Assembly: GCA_029261715.1 (NCBI GenBank)
Contig: JAJDAT010000037.1
Span: 64,141-128,140 of the forward strand
Reading direction: 5' to 3'
From: Nitrospinia bacterium
Lineage (GTDB): Bacteria; Nitrospinota; Nitrospinia; Nitrospinales; JAJDAT01
DNA length: 64,000 bases
Shown: positions 9,606 through 18,808 of the stretch, piece by piece
Layout of the letters: every line of letters begins with the position of its first letter
Position numbering within the stretch: the first letter of the stretch is position 1
The notes under the pieces: generated by a model
Database searches by the model: none
What the model was told of the DNA's origin: nothing
Seen by the model: only the letters and a program-made list of their open reading frames with translations
Program-made: the position numbers and the translations under genes

Positions 9606-10655
9606 ATGTCTACAGCAATCGAAACCCAAGAAATTCCCAACAAATATAATAAGCGAATCGAAGATTTAATTGAAGACGCCGAAATCGAAGCGGAACTCGA
9701 AGCCGAGCGCCATATTAGGATAAAAAACGCTAAATGGATGCTGATTTCATCTGTTGGCTTGATTTCTCTTGGAATACTATACTTCTGGACCGATTCTCAA
9801 CCAACTGCTCAAGTATTACAACCTGTGTCTTCTGTTACTGAAATAGCCCAATTACCTCAAGAGCCAGAAGTAAAACCTATCCCGTTTCCAGTAGAAAAGG
9901 CTCAACAACCCTCTAACTCCAAAAGTAATGAGTTAGTCGCCGAATTAGAGGCTTTGGGGAAAAAACAAATTGAAGCTCCTGCCAAGCCTTTAAAAACCGA
10001 TCTAACACAACTAAAAAGCGAAACGGCACCCCCAACCGACGCGAAGCAATTTGATCAAAAAGTTGGCATATCACTGAATGAAATTCAAGCGCCAACTCCA
10101 TTAGTTAACTTTCTAAAAAAGGTCGTTTCCAAAAAGGAAACAACTTCTAAAAAGAAACAAAATCAAAAATCACAACCAAAGATAGCTATTCAAGAAGCTA
10201 GTTATTCGATTCAATTAGGGGCTTTTTCCGTAAAAGAAAATGCAAAGGACTTTGTCAAAAAAGTTCAGAAAAAAGGAATTAAACCTATAATCGACGTAAG
10301 ACAAGCGAATAAAGTAACTTACGCAGTTATCACAGGCGAATTTAATAATAAGGAATCTGGAAAAACGGCTCTAGAAGGTCTCAAAAAAGCCGGTTTTAAA
10401 CCAACGTTAGAAGAAAAACCTTCAGGTCAATTTTCTCTAATTGCCGGGAAATTTCCAAGTCAAAATAAAGCCCAAAAACTTCGCTCTGAATTAACGAATA
10501 AAGGATTTTTATCAAGCGTCAGTTCGCAGGAATCTCAACTAACGACTTATGCTGTTCAATTTGGAGCCTTTTCTAATCTCAAGCAAGCTAAATTGTCTCA
10601 AACTGAATTGAATCAGCTAGGAATTGCAAAAACCTTCATCAAAAAAATCGGCTGA
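9606..10655 (+). CDS. SPOR-domain protein (three SPOR repeats), membrane-anchored
   Basis: One TM helix and a low-complexity linker, then three units of the YxIQLGAFS..NA..F type (YSIQLGAFSVKENAKDFVKKV; FSLIAGKFPSQNKAQKL; YAVQFGAFSNLKQAKL). Confidence 0.85.
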   Translation: MSTAIETQEIPNKYNKRIEDLIEDAEIEAELEAERHIRIKNAKWMLISSVGLISLGILYFWTDSQPTAQVLQPVSSVTEIAQLPQEPEVKPIPFPVEKAQQPSNSKSNELVAELEALGKKQIEAPAKPLKTDLTQLKSETAPPTDAKQFDQKVGISLNEIQAPTPLVNFLKKVVSKKETTSKKKQNQKSQPKIAIQEASYSIQLGAFSVKENAKDFVKKVQKKGIKPIIDVRQANKVTYAVITGEFNNKESGKTALEGLKKAGFKPTLEEKPSGQFSLIAGKFPSQNKAQKLRSELTNKGFLSSVSSQESQLTTYAVQFGAFSNLKQAKLSQTELNQLGIAKTFIKKIG

Positions 10656-10921
10656 GCTTCTTTCTAAAATTTTTCCTTTCTCTTCCAAATCCCCAAGCAG
10701 TATAATATTCTAACGTCAGAGATTATCTCAAAAATCTTGGATACACGTAAGGTTATAGCTTTTCTTACGACGATAATATACGGCGGTTACTGCGAGTATC
10801 TAAAAGTTTTCTAACCTCATTACAGTTGCCGCTTTGGAAAATAATCTATGTTGCCGATCCCAAACTATTGGTTCCGTAGGGAAAAAATCGGCGCCAATTA
10901 ACCTGGACAAAGGAGCATTAA

Positions 10922-11281
10922 ATGAATATTAAAGCGCTTATTATTGCGGCTGTGTTTTTTGGGTTCTCTTGTCTTTTTGTAACGAGCGGTTTTTCGCACG
11001 AAGGAGAAAGTCATAGCGATACAAAGAGACAATTAAGAGGAATGTACGATGAAGGTAGCGGTTCCTCGACTATGCATGAGTATGAAAACAAAAAAAAACA
11101 AGTTGAACAAGCGATGGAAGAAGGAAGCGGCACGATGCAAGACGCACAAGGAATGCCAGCGCGCGCAAAGGAAAACTACGAAGATATGAAGGGAAGTGGA
11201 GAACAGATGATGGAGAAAAAAAGCCAAGGTATGGGACATTATTACGAAGAAGGAAGTGGTTCTAGCGTTCCTACAAACTAA
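10922..11281 (+). CDS. Secreted Met/His/Glu-rich protein with four (E/K)GSG repeats
   Basis: Good SD (aaaggag) and a signal peptide. Repeats are YDEGSGSS, MEEGSGTM, MKGSGEQM and YEEGSGSS. No family recognised. Confidence 0.55.
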   Translation: MNIKALIIAAVFFGFSCLFVTSGFSHEGESHSDTKRQLRGMYDEGSGSSTMHEYENKKKQVEQAMEEGSGTMQDAQGMPARAKENYEDMKGSGEQMMEKKSQGMGHYYEEGSGSSVPTN

Positions 11282-11403
11282 GAAATTTGCTTTTTTCACC
11301 AACTTGCTATCGTTCAACTTTTATTTTCAAAACCTGAATTCTTAGCAAGTTTAAATATTTAAAAGTCTCCCAAGCTCTAAATTGATTATTTCCCATCAAA
11401 CCT

Positions 11404-11441
11404 AACCGCCGATGAACTAAACTTTGTCGGCGGTTATTTTT
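11404..11441 (+). terminator. Rho-independent terminator between convergent genes
   Basis: 9-bp stem AACCGCCGA / TCGGCGGTT with a 14-nt loop, followed by ATTTTT. Confidence 0.6.
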
Positions 11442-11460
11442 AAAGCTTTGGATTTCTCCC

Positions 11461-13800
11461 CTATCGTTTGTTTCCGATTAGCTCAAGCATTTCTGCAGGG
11501 CTTACCCTCATCGCGGCTCCGGTAGGACAAGAGCGCACGCAGGCGGGTCCACCTGGTAGTGTCGCGCATAGGTCGCATTTTGCCGCTTTAGCATTTCCCT
11601 TATCCTGTACTTTTGGTTTAAACCAAGAAGTCAGAGCTGAGAAAACACTTCTCTTAGGCGGTTCATATACCATTTGAATCACATCGTAGGGACAATTTTT
11701 TTCGCAATTTCCACAACCGATACAAGTATCTTTAATGATAATTTCTCCGTCGCGTTTTCTAGTCAAAGCATCAGGAGGGCAATCGATCATGCATAGCGGG
11801 TCCGCGCAATGACGGCAAGAAACGGGAATTTGAAGAGATTTAAAGCTTTCTCCTCCGTGCCTATCTAACCGACTGTAACCACCGTGTGTGGAAGCGCAAG
11901 CGGTTTCGCAGTTATCGCAACCAATGCACAAGTCTGAACTGATAAGCAACACGTTGTCCGCGTCGGAAATACCTTTATTCAGAATAAAATCCAGCATAGC
12001 GCCAGATTCCTTATTCTTCTGCTTTGTCATATTAGCAATACGGCGCTCTTTAACCATTTGGGCAATTTTATCTTGAGCAACTGGATCGTCATATAAAAAA
12101 TCTAAAAAGTCTTGCTTCTCAATAACCATAGTTTCGCAGGCTACAGCCGCCGTTACCGTGGCGCTACGCGGTAGCGGTTCTGGATCCATAACCGCCATTT
12201 CTCCAACATAATGCCCTGCCGACAAATAAGTTTGAGTAACATCGACTCCATTAATTATTCGAGAAATTTTTACCGATCCCTTGCGAATGACAAAAAATTC
12301 ATTCCCAATTTCTCTCTCTTTAAACAGAATATCGTCTTTTTTAAAATGCCTCAGCCCAGATTTCGTAATTACTTTTTTCAATAAATCTCGATTAACGTTT
12401 GGGAAAATATCGTAAAAAGCTCTTTCCATGAAAACTTCATCTAAAGCCCGCTTCACCTGCGGAACGGAGCTGATTAACTTCAAAACTTGCTTACGCGGCG
12501 TTTCGAGCAAAATCCCAGGTTTCTCCATAGTAATAGTAGCCGATCGTCTTCTCCCTGAAAGCAAACCCATTTCACCAAAAAAGTTACTAGCCCCAATTTG
12601 CACAAATCTATCCTCTGGCAGACTAATCTTCACCGACCCGGTGATAATATTAAAAAACGTATCTGTGTAATCTTTAACTTTAAAAATAAGATCATCTTCT
12701 TTTTTAAGATGCACCTTTGATTCGGTAATCAATTCGCGAAATTGAGGTTCAGTTAATTCTTTAAACACAGGCATAGAATCGCGAATCAACTTCATATTCT
12801 CATTAACTTCTCCGGGCAAATGTCCAAGTTTTTCTTCAATCAAAACTTGATCGGCAGGTTCTATATCATTTCCCAAAATATGTTCTACGACTTCATGTCC
12901 CTGGTTAATCGCTTGTTTGATAAGCGGATATCCAATAAGAGACCCAATTATATATAAACCTTCAATATTCGATTCATAACGACTATCAACGATAGGGGGG
13001 GACGAAGGATCTTGAGATGGGAATGCTACTCCAAAACTTTCGACAAAACCTCTTGGCAGAATACCACCCAAACGCGCGATAAGAAGATCACATGGGATAG
13101 AAACCTCCCCTTCTGGTGAGTTGATAACGAGTTCCGTCGGTTTTATCTCTGCAGGGGAGGATTCGTAGAAACAACGAATCTTTCCACTGTCAATCGCTTC
13201 ATTAACTAAAAGAATGTTGTCGTCTTTAGCTCTTGCAAACTCTCCCTTTCGGTTAATCAACGACACTCGGTTTTTTTCACAAAGGGCTAATGCGTTTTCA
13301 ATAGCGGCGTCCCCTGCGCCAACAACAACAATATCCCTATTAGAAAAAGCGTCAGGATCGTTCAATCGATAAAAAACATGCGGCAAATCCGCGCCAGGAA
13401 TTTCTAATTGCCTAGGAGTTCCCATAGCCCCCAAAGCAAGAATAATCGAAGAGCTAGTAATGGAACTATCTCCAAAATAGATTTTAAATCCTTCTTCAAT
13501 CTTATCGATCCGACTTACATTAGCTTTCTGAATAACATTTATATTGAGTTCCGAAACCGTTCGACTCCAGGATTCCAAAATTTCTTCCCGACTTCCTTTT
13601 TTAAATTTAATGCGAGATCGTAAAGGAAGTTTTTTTGGCTCATCCATAACAAGTTTCCGTAATTGATAATCAAAAATAGTATTACCAATTTCACCTTTTT
13701 CAAGAAGAATATGAGAAACTTTATGGTAGGCCGCATTAGCCGCCGCGCTTAGTCCTCCGGGGCCAGCTCCAATAACGGCAATTTCAAAATGATCATTCAT
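11461..13800 (-). CDS. Fusion protein: FAD/NAD(P)-dependent pyridine nucleotide-disulfide oxidoreductase (TrxR-like) + 2 cyclic-nucleotide-binding domains + 4Fe-4S poly-ferredoxin domain
   Basis: VIGAGPGGLSAA and VVVGAGDAAIENA Rossmann motifs. Two CNB signatures (FFGEMGLLSGRRRSATI; YVGEMAVMDPEPLPRSATV). Four Cys clusters at the C-terminus (CIGCDNCETAC, CRHCADPLCMIDCP, CIGCGNCEKNCP, CDLC...CVRSCP). Confidence 0.85.
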   Translation of the reverse strand: MNDHFEIAVIGAGPGGLSAAANAAYHKVSHILLEKGEIGNTIFDYQLRKLVMDEPKKLPLRSRIKFKKGSREEILESWSRTVSELNINVIQKANVSRIDKIEEGFKIYFGDSSITSSSIILALGAMGTPRQLEIPGADLPHVFYRLNDPDAFSNRDIVVVGAGDAAIENALALCEKNRVSLINRKGEFARAKDDNILLVNEAIDSGKIRCFYESSPAEIKPTELVINSPEGEVSIPCDLLIARLGGILPRGFVESFGVAFPSQDPSSPPIVDSRYESNIEGLYIIGSLIGYPLIKQAINQGHEVVEHILGNDIEPADQVLIEEKLGHLPGEVNENMKLIRDSMPVFKELTEPQFRELITESKVHLKKEDDLIFKVKDYTDTFFNIITGSVKISLPEDRFVQIGASNFFGEMGLLSGRRRSATITMEKPGILLETPRKQVLKLISSVPQVKRALDEVFMERAFYDIFPNVNRDLLKKVITKSGLRHFKKDDILFKEREIGNEFFVIRKGSVKISRIINGVDVTQTYLSAGHYVGEMAVMDPEPLPRSATVTAAVACETMVIEKQDFLDFLYDDPVAQDKIAQMVKERRIANMTKQKNKESGAMLDFILNKGISDADNVLLISSDLCIGCDNCETACASTHGGYSRLDRHGGESFKSLQIPVSCRHCADPLCMIDCPPDALTRKRDGEIIIKDTCIGCGNCEKNCPYDVIQMVYEPPKRSVFSALTSWFKPKVQDKGNAKAAKCDLCATLPGGPACVRSCPTGAAMRVSPAEMLELIGNKR

Positions 13801-14020
13801 GATCTTATTCAGGAAGGGTAAATTTTTTTATTTTTATCTTTGCTGAAACAAACTTAACTTAGAAATTTGACAATCTATTCCATCAAGTTAATATGGTTCC
13901 GAAATATTATTACACAATAATTTTTCTTTCAAGAACCCTATTTTCCCTTAGTAATCCAGCTTAATTACCTAATGGAATGATGCGTTATTCATAATAATTG
14001 AATTATGGGAGTTTAATAGA

Positions 14021-15031
14021 ATGGCCAAGCTTAGAGGGCTGATTGTAGACGACGTAAAAATAATTAGAGAAGCTCTAACTGCGATCTTATCATCCGATGA
14101 TGAAATCGAAATCGTTGGAACCGCCACAAATGGAAAAGAAGCGGTCGAAAAAACGGAGGCTCTTAATCCGGATTTCATCACAATGGATCTCAGAATGCCC
14201 GTAATGAATGGGTTGAAAGCCATGTATCGAATCATGAAGCAAAACCCTACGCCTATTTTAGTTGTTTCCGATATTAAAGATTCTCATATAGCGTTTAAAG
14301 CTCTTTCTATTGGCGCTGTCGATATTATTTCTAAATCAGATCTTTCCATGGAAAAGATGGAAGATTTAATTCGAAAAGTAAAAACTCTAAGCAAAGCAAA
14401 AATTTCAAAAAAAATAACTGCCGCAGATACAAACAAAATCGAACTAACTCACGCTTCAGAGCCCGCGCAAAAACAGATAATCGTGATTGCCGGTTCAACC
14501 GGAGGACCAAGCGCTTTAACGAAAATTCTTTCTAATGTCTCCTCAGAATTCACCTACCCAATTTTGGTCGCTCAACATATGGCGGACGGATTTGTTCCCG
14601 GTTTTGTTAAATGGCTTAACAAAACTTCCAATTTAAAGGCAAAAGAAGGAGAAGACGGAGAAACTATTGTTCCAGGGCAAGTTTATCTTTCACCAACTAG
14701 TAAAAATATGGAAGTTAGTAAAGATGGGACAATCAAACTATCAGCTAGAAAAGCAATTGGCATATCCAAACCTTCCTGCAATATATTGCTATCATCTGTA
14801 GCTTCCGTCTATGGAGAGACTTCAATTGGGATCATACTAACGGGAGCCGGCAATGACGGTGTTGACGGCATTATGCAAATAAAACAAAGCAACGGAACCA
14901 CTTTAGCTCAGGACGAAAAAACCTCCTTAGTATTTGGCATGGCAAAAGAAGCCATAAAATTAGGAGGAATTGACCAAATACTACCTCTGCAAGAAATTGC
15001 CCCGTACCTAAATCAGATAGCCCATTCTTAA
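14021..15031 (+). CDS. cheB: Chemotaxis response regulator protein-glutamate methylesterase
   Basis: N-terminal REC (LIVDD...DFITMDLRMPVMNG) and a C-terminal CheB esterase domain with GSTGGP (Ser), AQHM (His) and GAGNDG (Asp). Confidence 0.9.
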   Translation: MAKLRGLIVDDVKIIREALTAILSSDDEIEIVGTATNGKEAVEKTEALNPDFITMDLRMPVMNGLKAMYRIMKQNPTPILVVSDIKDSHIAFKALSIGAVDIISKSDLSMEKMEDLIRKVKTLSKAKISKKITAADTNKIELTHASEPAQKQIIVIAGSTGGPSALTKILSNVSSEFTYPILVAQHMADGFVPGFVKWLNKTSNLKAKEGEDGETIVPGQVYLSPTSKNMEVSKDGTIKLSARKAIGISKPSCNILLSSVASVYGETSIGIILTGAGNDGVDGIMQIKQSNGTTLAQDEKTSLVFGMAKEAIKLGGIDQILPLQEIAPYLNQIAHS

Positions 15032-15339
15032 ATCTCAAACAACTTTTTAGAAACTTGATACCTACCCTCATCCTATATTCTAGTAAGCCTCGCGAGATAG
15101 TCCCCCCCTTTTTCAGGCCAACGCCATTTCTCCTTATTTTGTCTAATTTGTCTCTTGCGTAACTAAACCTCCCAAACATCAACACTTCTCAGTTTTTTTG
15201 TAAATTTTTTATAACCATTCAATTCTTTAGAAAATAATAGGTATATTAAGATAATCACATTAAAATATATCCCCAACCATTTCATGGTAGCGAATGATTA
15301 ATCCCATTTATTTAAGTTTTTTATAGAAGGAGACCAGAG

Positions 15340-15696
15340 GTGGCAAAAATTTTAGTTGTGGACGATTCTAATTTCCAAAGAAACCAGATTTTACGAGCAA
15401 TAAAAGATGATGGCTACGAAATCTTTACCGCTGAGAATGGAAAAATTGGATTCGACCTCTTTGAAGAACATAGTCCAGATTGTATTCTGACGGATTTGAA
15501 TATGCCTGAATTAGACGGTTTGGGACTTCTTAAACTAATACGAGAAAAAAACACTGACGTTCCTGTAATCGTTCTTTCCTCCGATACTCAAGAGTTAACT
15601 GCAGAAAAATGCAAAAATTTGGGGGCAACTGATTTCATGAATAAACCTTTTAAAAAAGATCAATTAAAAGCCGTTCTCGAAAAAGTGTTTCAATAG
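15340..15696 (+). CDS. cheY: Single-domain CheY-like response regulator (GTG start)
   Basis: ILVVDDS, DCILTDLNMPELDG, VIVLSS, and the K of NKPF. 118 aa. SD gaaggag upstream. Confidence 0.8.
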   Translation: MAKILVVDDSNFQRNQILRAIKDDGYEIFTAENGKIGFDLFEEHSPDCILTDLNMPELDGLGLLKLIREKNTDVPVIVLSSDTQELTAEKCKNLGATDFMNKPFKKDQLKAVLEKVFQ

Positions 15697-15705
15697 GAGC
15701 CGATA

Positions 15706-16305
15706 ATGATTCTAACCCCCGATCAAGAAGACGCAATTAAAGAATTCATCAATATAGGGGCAGGTCATGCCGCCGGCGCATTGAGTGAACTTACGGAATC
15801 TCATGTCAAATTATCTATTCCCGCTATAAAAGTAGTGAAACTAGCCGACTTGGAAAAAGAAGACGATTCCTTCACCAAAGAAATCTCATCTTCTGTCAGA
15901 ATTAATTTTAAAGGTTTTACCGACGGAACCGCAGCTCTCGTATTTCCACCTGCAAGCGCTTTAAAACTAGTTTCCCTGGTATCGGATGAAGAATTTGGAA
16001 CTCCCGATATGGATTCAGTCCAAGCCGGGATATTAACAGAAATTGGCAATATAATTTTGAATCATATTCTTGGCGCAATCGGTAATATATTTCAACAACA
16101 CCTTGAATATAACGTCGCTAACTATGTTGAGGGAGAAATTATCAAGTTGATCGAACCCGACGACTCAACCCCCGATTTAGTTATTATGATAATAGATACA
16201 CAATTTAACCTAAAAGATCTTGAAATCACTGGCGATGTCGTCATATTCTTTAAACTAGGGTCGCTAACAAAGTTTGTCGAAGCTGTAGAAAACGTCCTTA
16301 GTTAA
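15706..16305 (+). CDS. cheC: CheC/CheX-family CheY-P phosphatase-like protein
   Basis: Two ExxN-type CheC motifs (AIKEFINIGAGHAAGALSEL and LTEIGNIILNHILGAIGN). 199 aa. Confidence 0.7.
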   Translation: MILTPDQEDAIKEFINIGAGHAAGALSELTESHVKLSIPAIKVVKLADLEKEDDSFTKEISSSVRINFKGFTDGTAALVFPPASALKLVSLVSDEEFGTPDMDSVQAGILTEIGNIILNHILGAIGNIFQQHLEYNVANYVEGEIIKLIEPDDSTPDLVIMIIDTQFNLKDLEITGDVVIFFKLGSLTKFVEAVENVLS

Positions 16306-16308
16306 TTT

Positions 16309-18162
16309 ATGACAAAATACAAAGACAATCAAAATCTCTCTCTTTTAGACGCCATACCCGAAGGCATATTCGTTTTAGATAAAGAATTAACAGTTCTTTT
16401 CTGGAACGGTATTTTGGAAGACTGGACAAAAATTTCCAGAAAAGAGATTGTAGGGAAGCACGTTAAAGAATTCCTTCCTCACTTAATTAAACCTCTTTAT
16501 ACCAACTCGTTACAACAAGTCTTTAACGGAGGGGCTCCAATTTTTTTTTCATCCCATCTCCACAAAAACCTCATCCCATCTTATTTGCCAAACGGAAACC
16601 GTCGGATATTTCAAACTGTCGTTACCGCAATAAAAAACTCTAACGCCACCGATAAATTTAACGCATTATTTACGCTACAAGACGTTACAGACCCAACCGA
16701 GAGACTTCGCGAATATAGAGTCATTTACGATAAAGCAAAAAAAGCGGAAGAAACCATTAAAGTCTCTAAATTAGAAGCCGAAGCGGCTAATCGCGCAAAG
16801 AGCGAATTTCTAGCTAATATGAGTCATGAGATCCGTACTCCAATGAATGCTATTTTGGGCTACGCTCAAATTTTAAAACGAAAAGGCTTAAGCTCTGAAG
16901 AAAAGCAATATGTTGAAAACATCCTTTCCAGTGGAGATCATCTACTCACATTAATCAACGATATTCTTGATATTTCAAAAATAGAAGCTGGAAGAATGGA
17001 GGCAAATTTTGAAGATTTTGATCTAAGTGAAATGATTCAATCCTTAGAGATTATGTTTCGATCAAAATTCGATTTCAAGTCACTCGACTTTGTAGTTAAC
17101 GATCTTGGCAAAAATCCAATTTTAGTTAACGGCGACAACACTAAAATCAAACAAGTCTTGATAAACCTCCTCTCGAATGCCGCTAAATTCACCGATTCTG
17201 GAGAAGTTCAATTCAATGTCTATGCCACGGGGAATAACAACTATCAATTCGAAGTTGTTGATACCGGCAAAGGAATCCCTGAGGAAGCTCAACAAAGTAT
17301 CTTCGATCCTTTTAAACAAGAGCGCGAAGGAGTTGTAAAAGGCGGCACCGGCTTAGGCTTGGCAATCGCTAAAAGACAAGTTGAACTCATGGACGGCAAA
17401 CTTGAACTAATTTCAACTTATGAAAAAGGCGCTAAATTTTCTTTAACCTTAGAACTTCCTCCAGCCTTGGAATCCTGCGTCGCTCAATCAAAAAGCTCTA
17501 GAGAAATAAAACATTTATCTCACGGCTATCATGTAAAAGCTTTGGTAACCGACGATATAAAAATGAATCGAGAAGTTTTGACAAATATTCTAAAAGAAGT
17601 AGGAATTGAAGTTATAACTGCAGAAAATGGACAAGAAGCGGTCAATCTAGTTCGGGAATTTTTACCAGACATTGTTTTTATGGATATACGAATGCCTGTT
17701 ATGAACGGGCTTGACGCCATGAAAATAATAAAAAATGAATACTCAAACAAACTAGTCAAAGTAGTGGCTATTACAGCGTCCGTTTTAGATAACCATCGAA
17801 ATCTAGTTATAGAACTAGGCGCTGACGATTTCATTTCAAAACCATTCAAGCTCGACGACATCTTCAATTGTATTAAAAACTTACTGTTGGTGGAGTTCGA
17901 TTATCAGGAAGATATTTCTAAAGATCAAACAAAACCAAAAATTTCAAAAATAGATTCATCAGACATTCAATTTTCAAAAACTCTTCACTCCGACTTAATA
18001 GAAGCTGCAAAGCTCCATAGTTTAACCCAGCTTGAAAAGCTTCTTTTAGAACTAGAAAAAGAAAACAATGGAGAGGTTTACGCGACACATATTAAATCTT
18101 TTATGTCCAATTACGATATGGAAGGATTACTCAAATTCCTGGGAGAAACTCAAGTAAAATAA
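16309..18162 (+). CDS. PAS-containing hybrid sensor histidine kinase (PAS-HisKA-HATPase-REC plus conserved C-terminal helical module)
   Basis: H-box SHEIRTPMNAILGY; N, G1 and G2 boxes (NLLSNAAKFT, DTGKGIP, GGTGLGLAI); REC (LVTDD...DIVFMDIRMPVMNG...KPF). Confidence 0.9.
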   Translation: MTKYKDNQNLSLLDAIPEGIFVLDKELTVLFWNGILEDWTKISRKEIVGKHVKEFLPHLIKPLYTNSLQQVFNGGAPIFFSSHLHKNLIPSYLPNGNRRIFQTVVTAIKNSNATDKFNALFTLQDVTDPTERLREYRVIYDKAKKAEETIKVSKLEAEAANRAKSEFLANMSHEIRTPMNAILGYAQILKRKGLSSEEKQYVENILSSGDHLLTLINDILDISKIEAGRMEANFEDFDLSEMIQSLEIMFRSKFDFKSLDFVVNDLGKNPILVNGDNTKIKQVLINLLSNAAKFTDSGEVQFNVYATGNNNYQFEVVDTGKGIPEEAQQSIFDPFKQEREGVVKGGTGLGLAIAKRQVELMDGKLELISTYEKGAKFSLTLELPPALESCVAQSKSSREIKHLSHGYHVKALVTDDIKMNREVLTNILKEVGIEVITAENGQEAVNLVREFLPDIVFMDIRMPVMNGLDAMKIIKNEYSNKLVKVVAITASVLDNHRNLVIELGADDFISKPFKLDDIFNCIKNLLLVEFDYQEDISKDQTKPKISKIDSSDIQFSKTLHSDLIEAAKLHSLTQLEKLLLELEKENNGEVYATHIKSFMSNYDMEGLLKFLGETQVK

Positions 18163-18389
18163 TCGAATAAGACCCCCTCACACTTTGACTATAAAAAAAC
18201 AGGCGCCCCCTCAAATCTTCGTCGTTTAAGAAAATGTGCCTTTTATTCAACCCCTGGCGCATCACACGATAGACAGCATAGGCGCATCCTTAGATACAAG
18301 ACAACTTATGACCTCCTTCTCACTATAGCAGTCAAGAAAAAATTAAACCCTTTTCACCAACCTCTGGTTTGGTTGTCTCCTTTTAGGCG

Positions 18390-18758
18390 TCATAGGTTTT
18401 CAAAAACGTTAGCCAACCGCGAAGCCAAGCGATCTGACCTCTGCTGCTGTTTCATATCTCGCGTATAAACTTCAGAACTGTCTTTCGACGACTCCTCATA
18501 CGAATATCTTTCTGGGGAGTAAGTATATTTCTTATCGCACCAAAGATTATTGACGCGCCATGGCCATCCAATGTTCACAAGTGGAGCGTCCTGATATTCA
18601 GTTTTCGCTTTCTCAACATATCAATCTTCGAATTCGATCTCTCTTTCTTCTCCCCCTAAAAAGGCATGCCGGAGCATTTCAACAATGCTCGACGAAACAG
18701 CTATAGTCTTGTCCATAAAAGACCTCCCAGTTGCGCCTTTTATAAGCCACCTCGGCAT
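18390..18758 (-). pseudogene. 123-codon ORF interrupted by one in-frame TGA (18621-18623); unknown function
   Basis: My translation: MPRWLIKGATGRSFMDKTIAVSSSIVEMLRHAFLGGEEREIEFED*YVEKAKTEYQDAPLVNIGWPWRVNNLWCDKKYTYSPERYSYEE...NVFENL. A hairpin plus T-rich tract follows the stop on the minus strand (about 18350-18385). Confidence 0.3.
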
Positions 18759-18808
18759 GAAGTCTCGCTTGTGAACAGCGGAATGAGGAGCAGGCTTGCA
18801 ATATTTGA

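Noticed and set aside
17941-18159. The kinase C-terminal modules annotated as HPt phosphotransfer domains.
   Set aside because: No conserved HxxKG-type histidine is shared by the three paralogs. I therefore left them unassigned and reported them as a finding instead.
18621-18623. The in-frame TGA read as selenocysteine or as a reassigned sense codon.
   Set aside because: No SECIS-like hairpin follows the codon and no Cys/redox motif lies nearby. Host genes in the window terminate with TGA (for example at 6278-6280 and 10653-10655).
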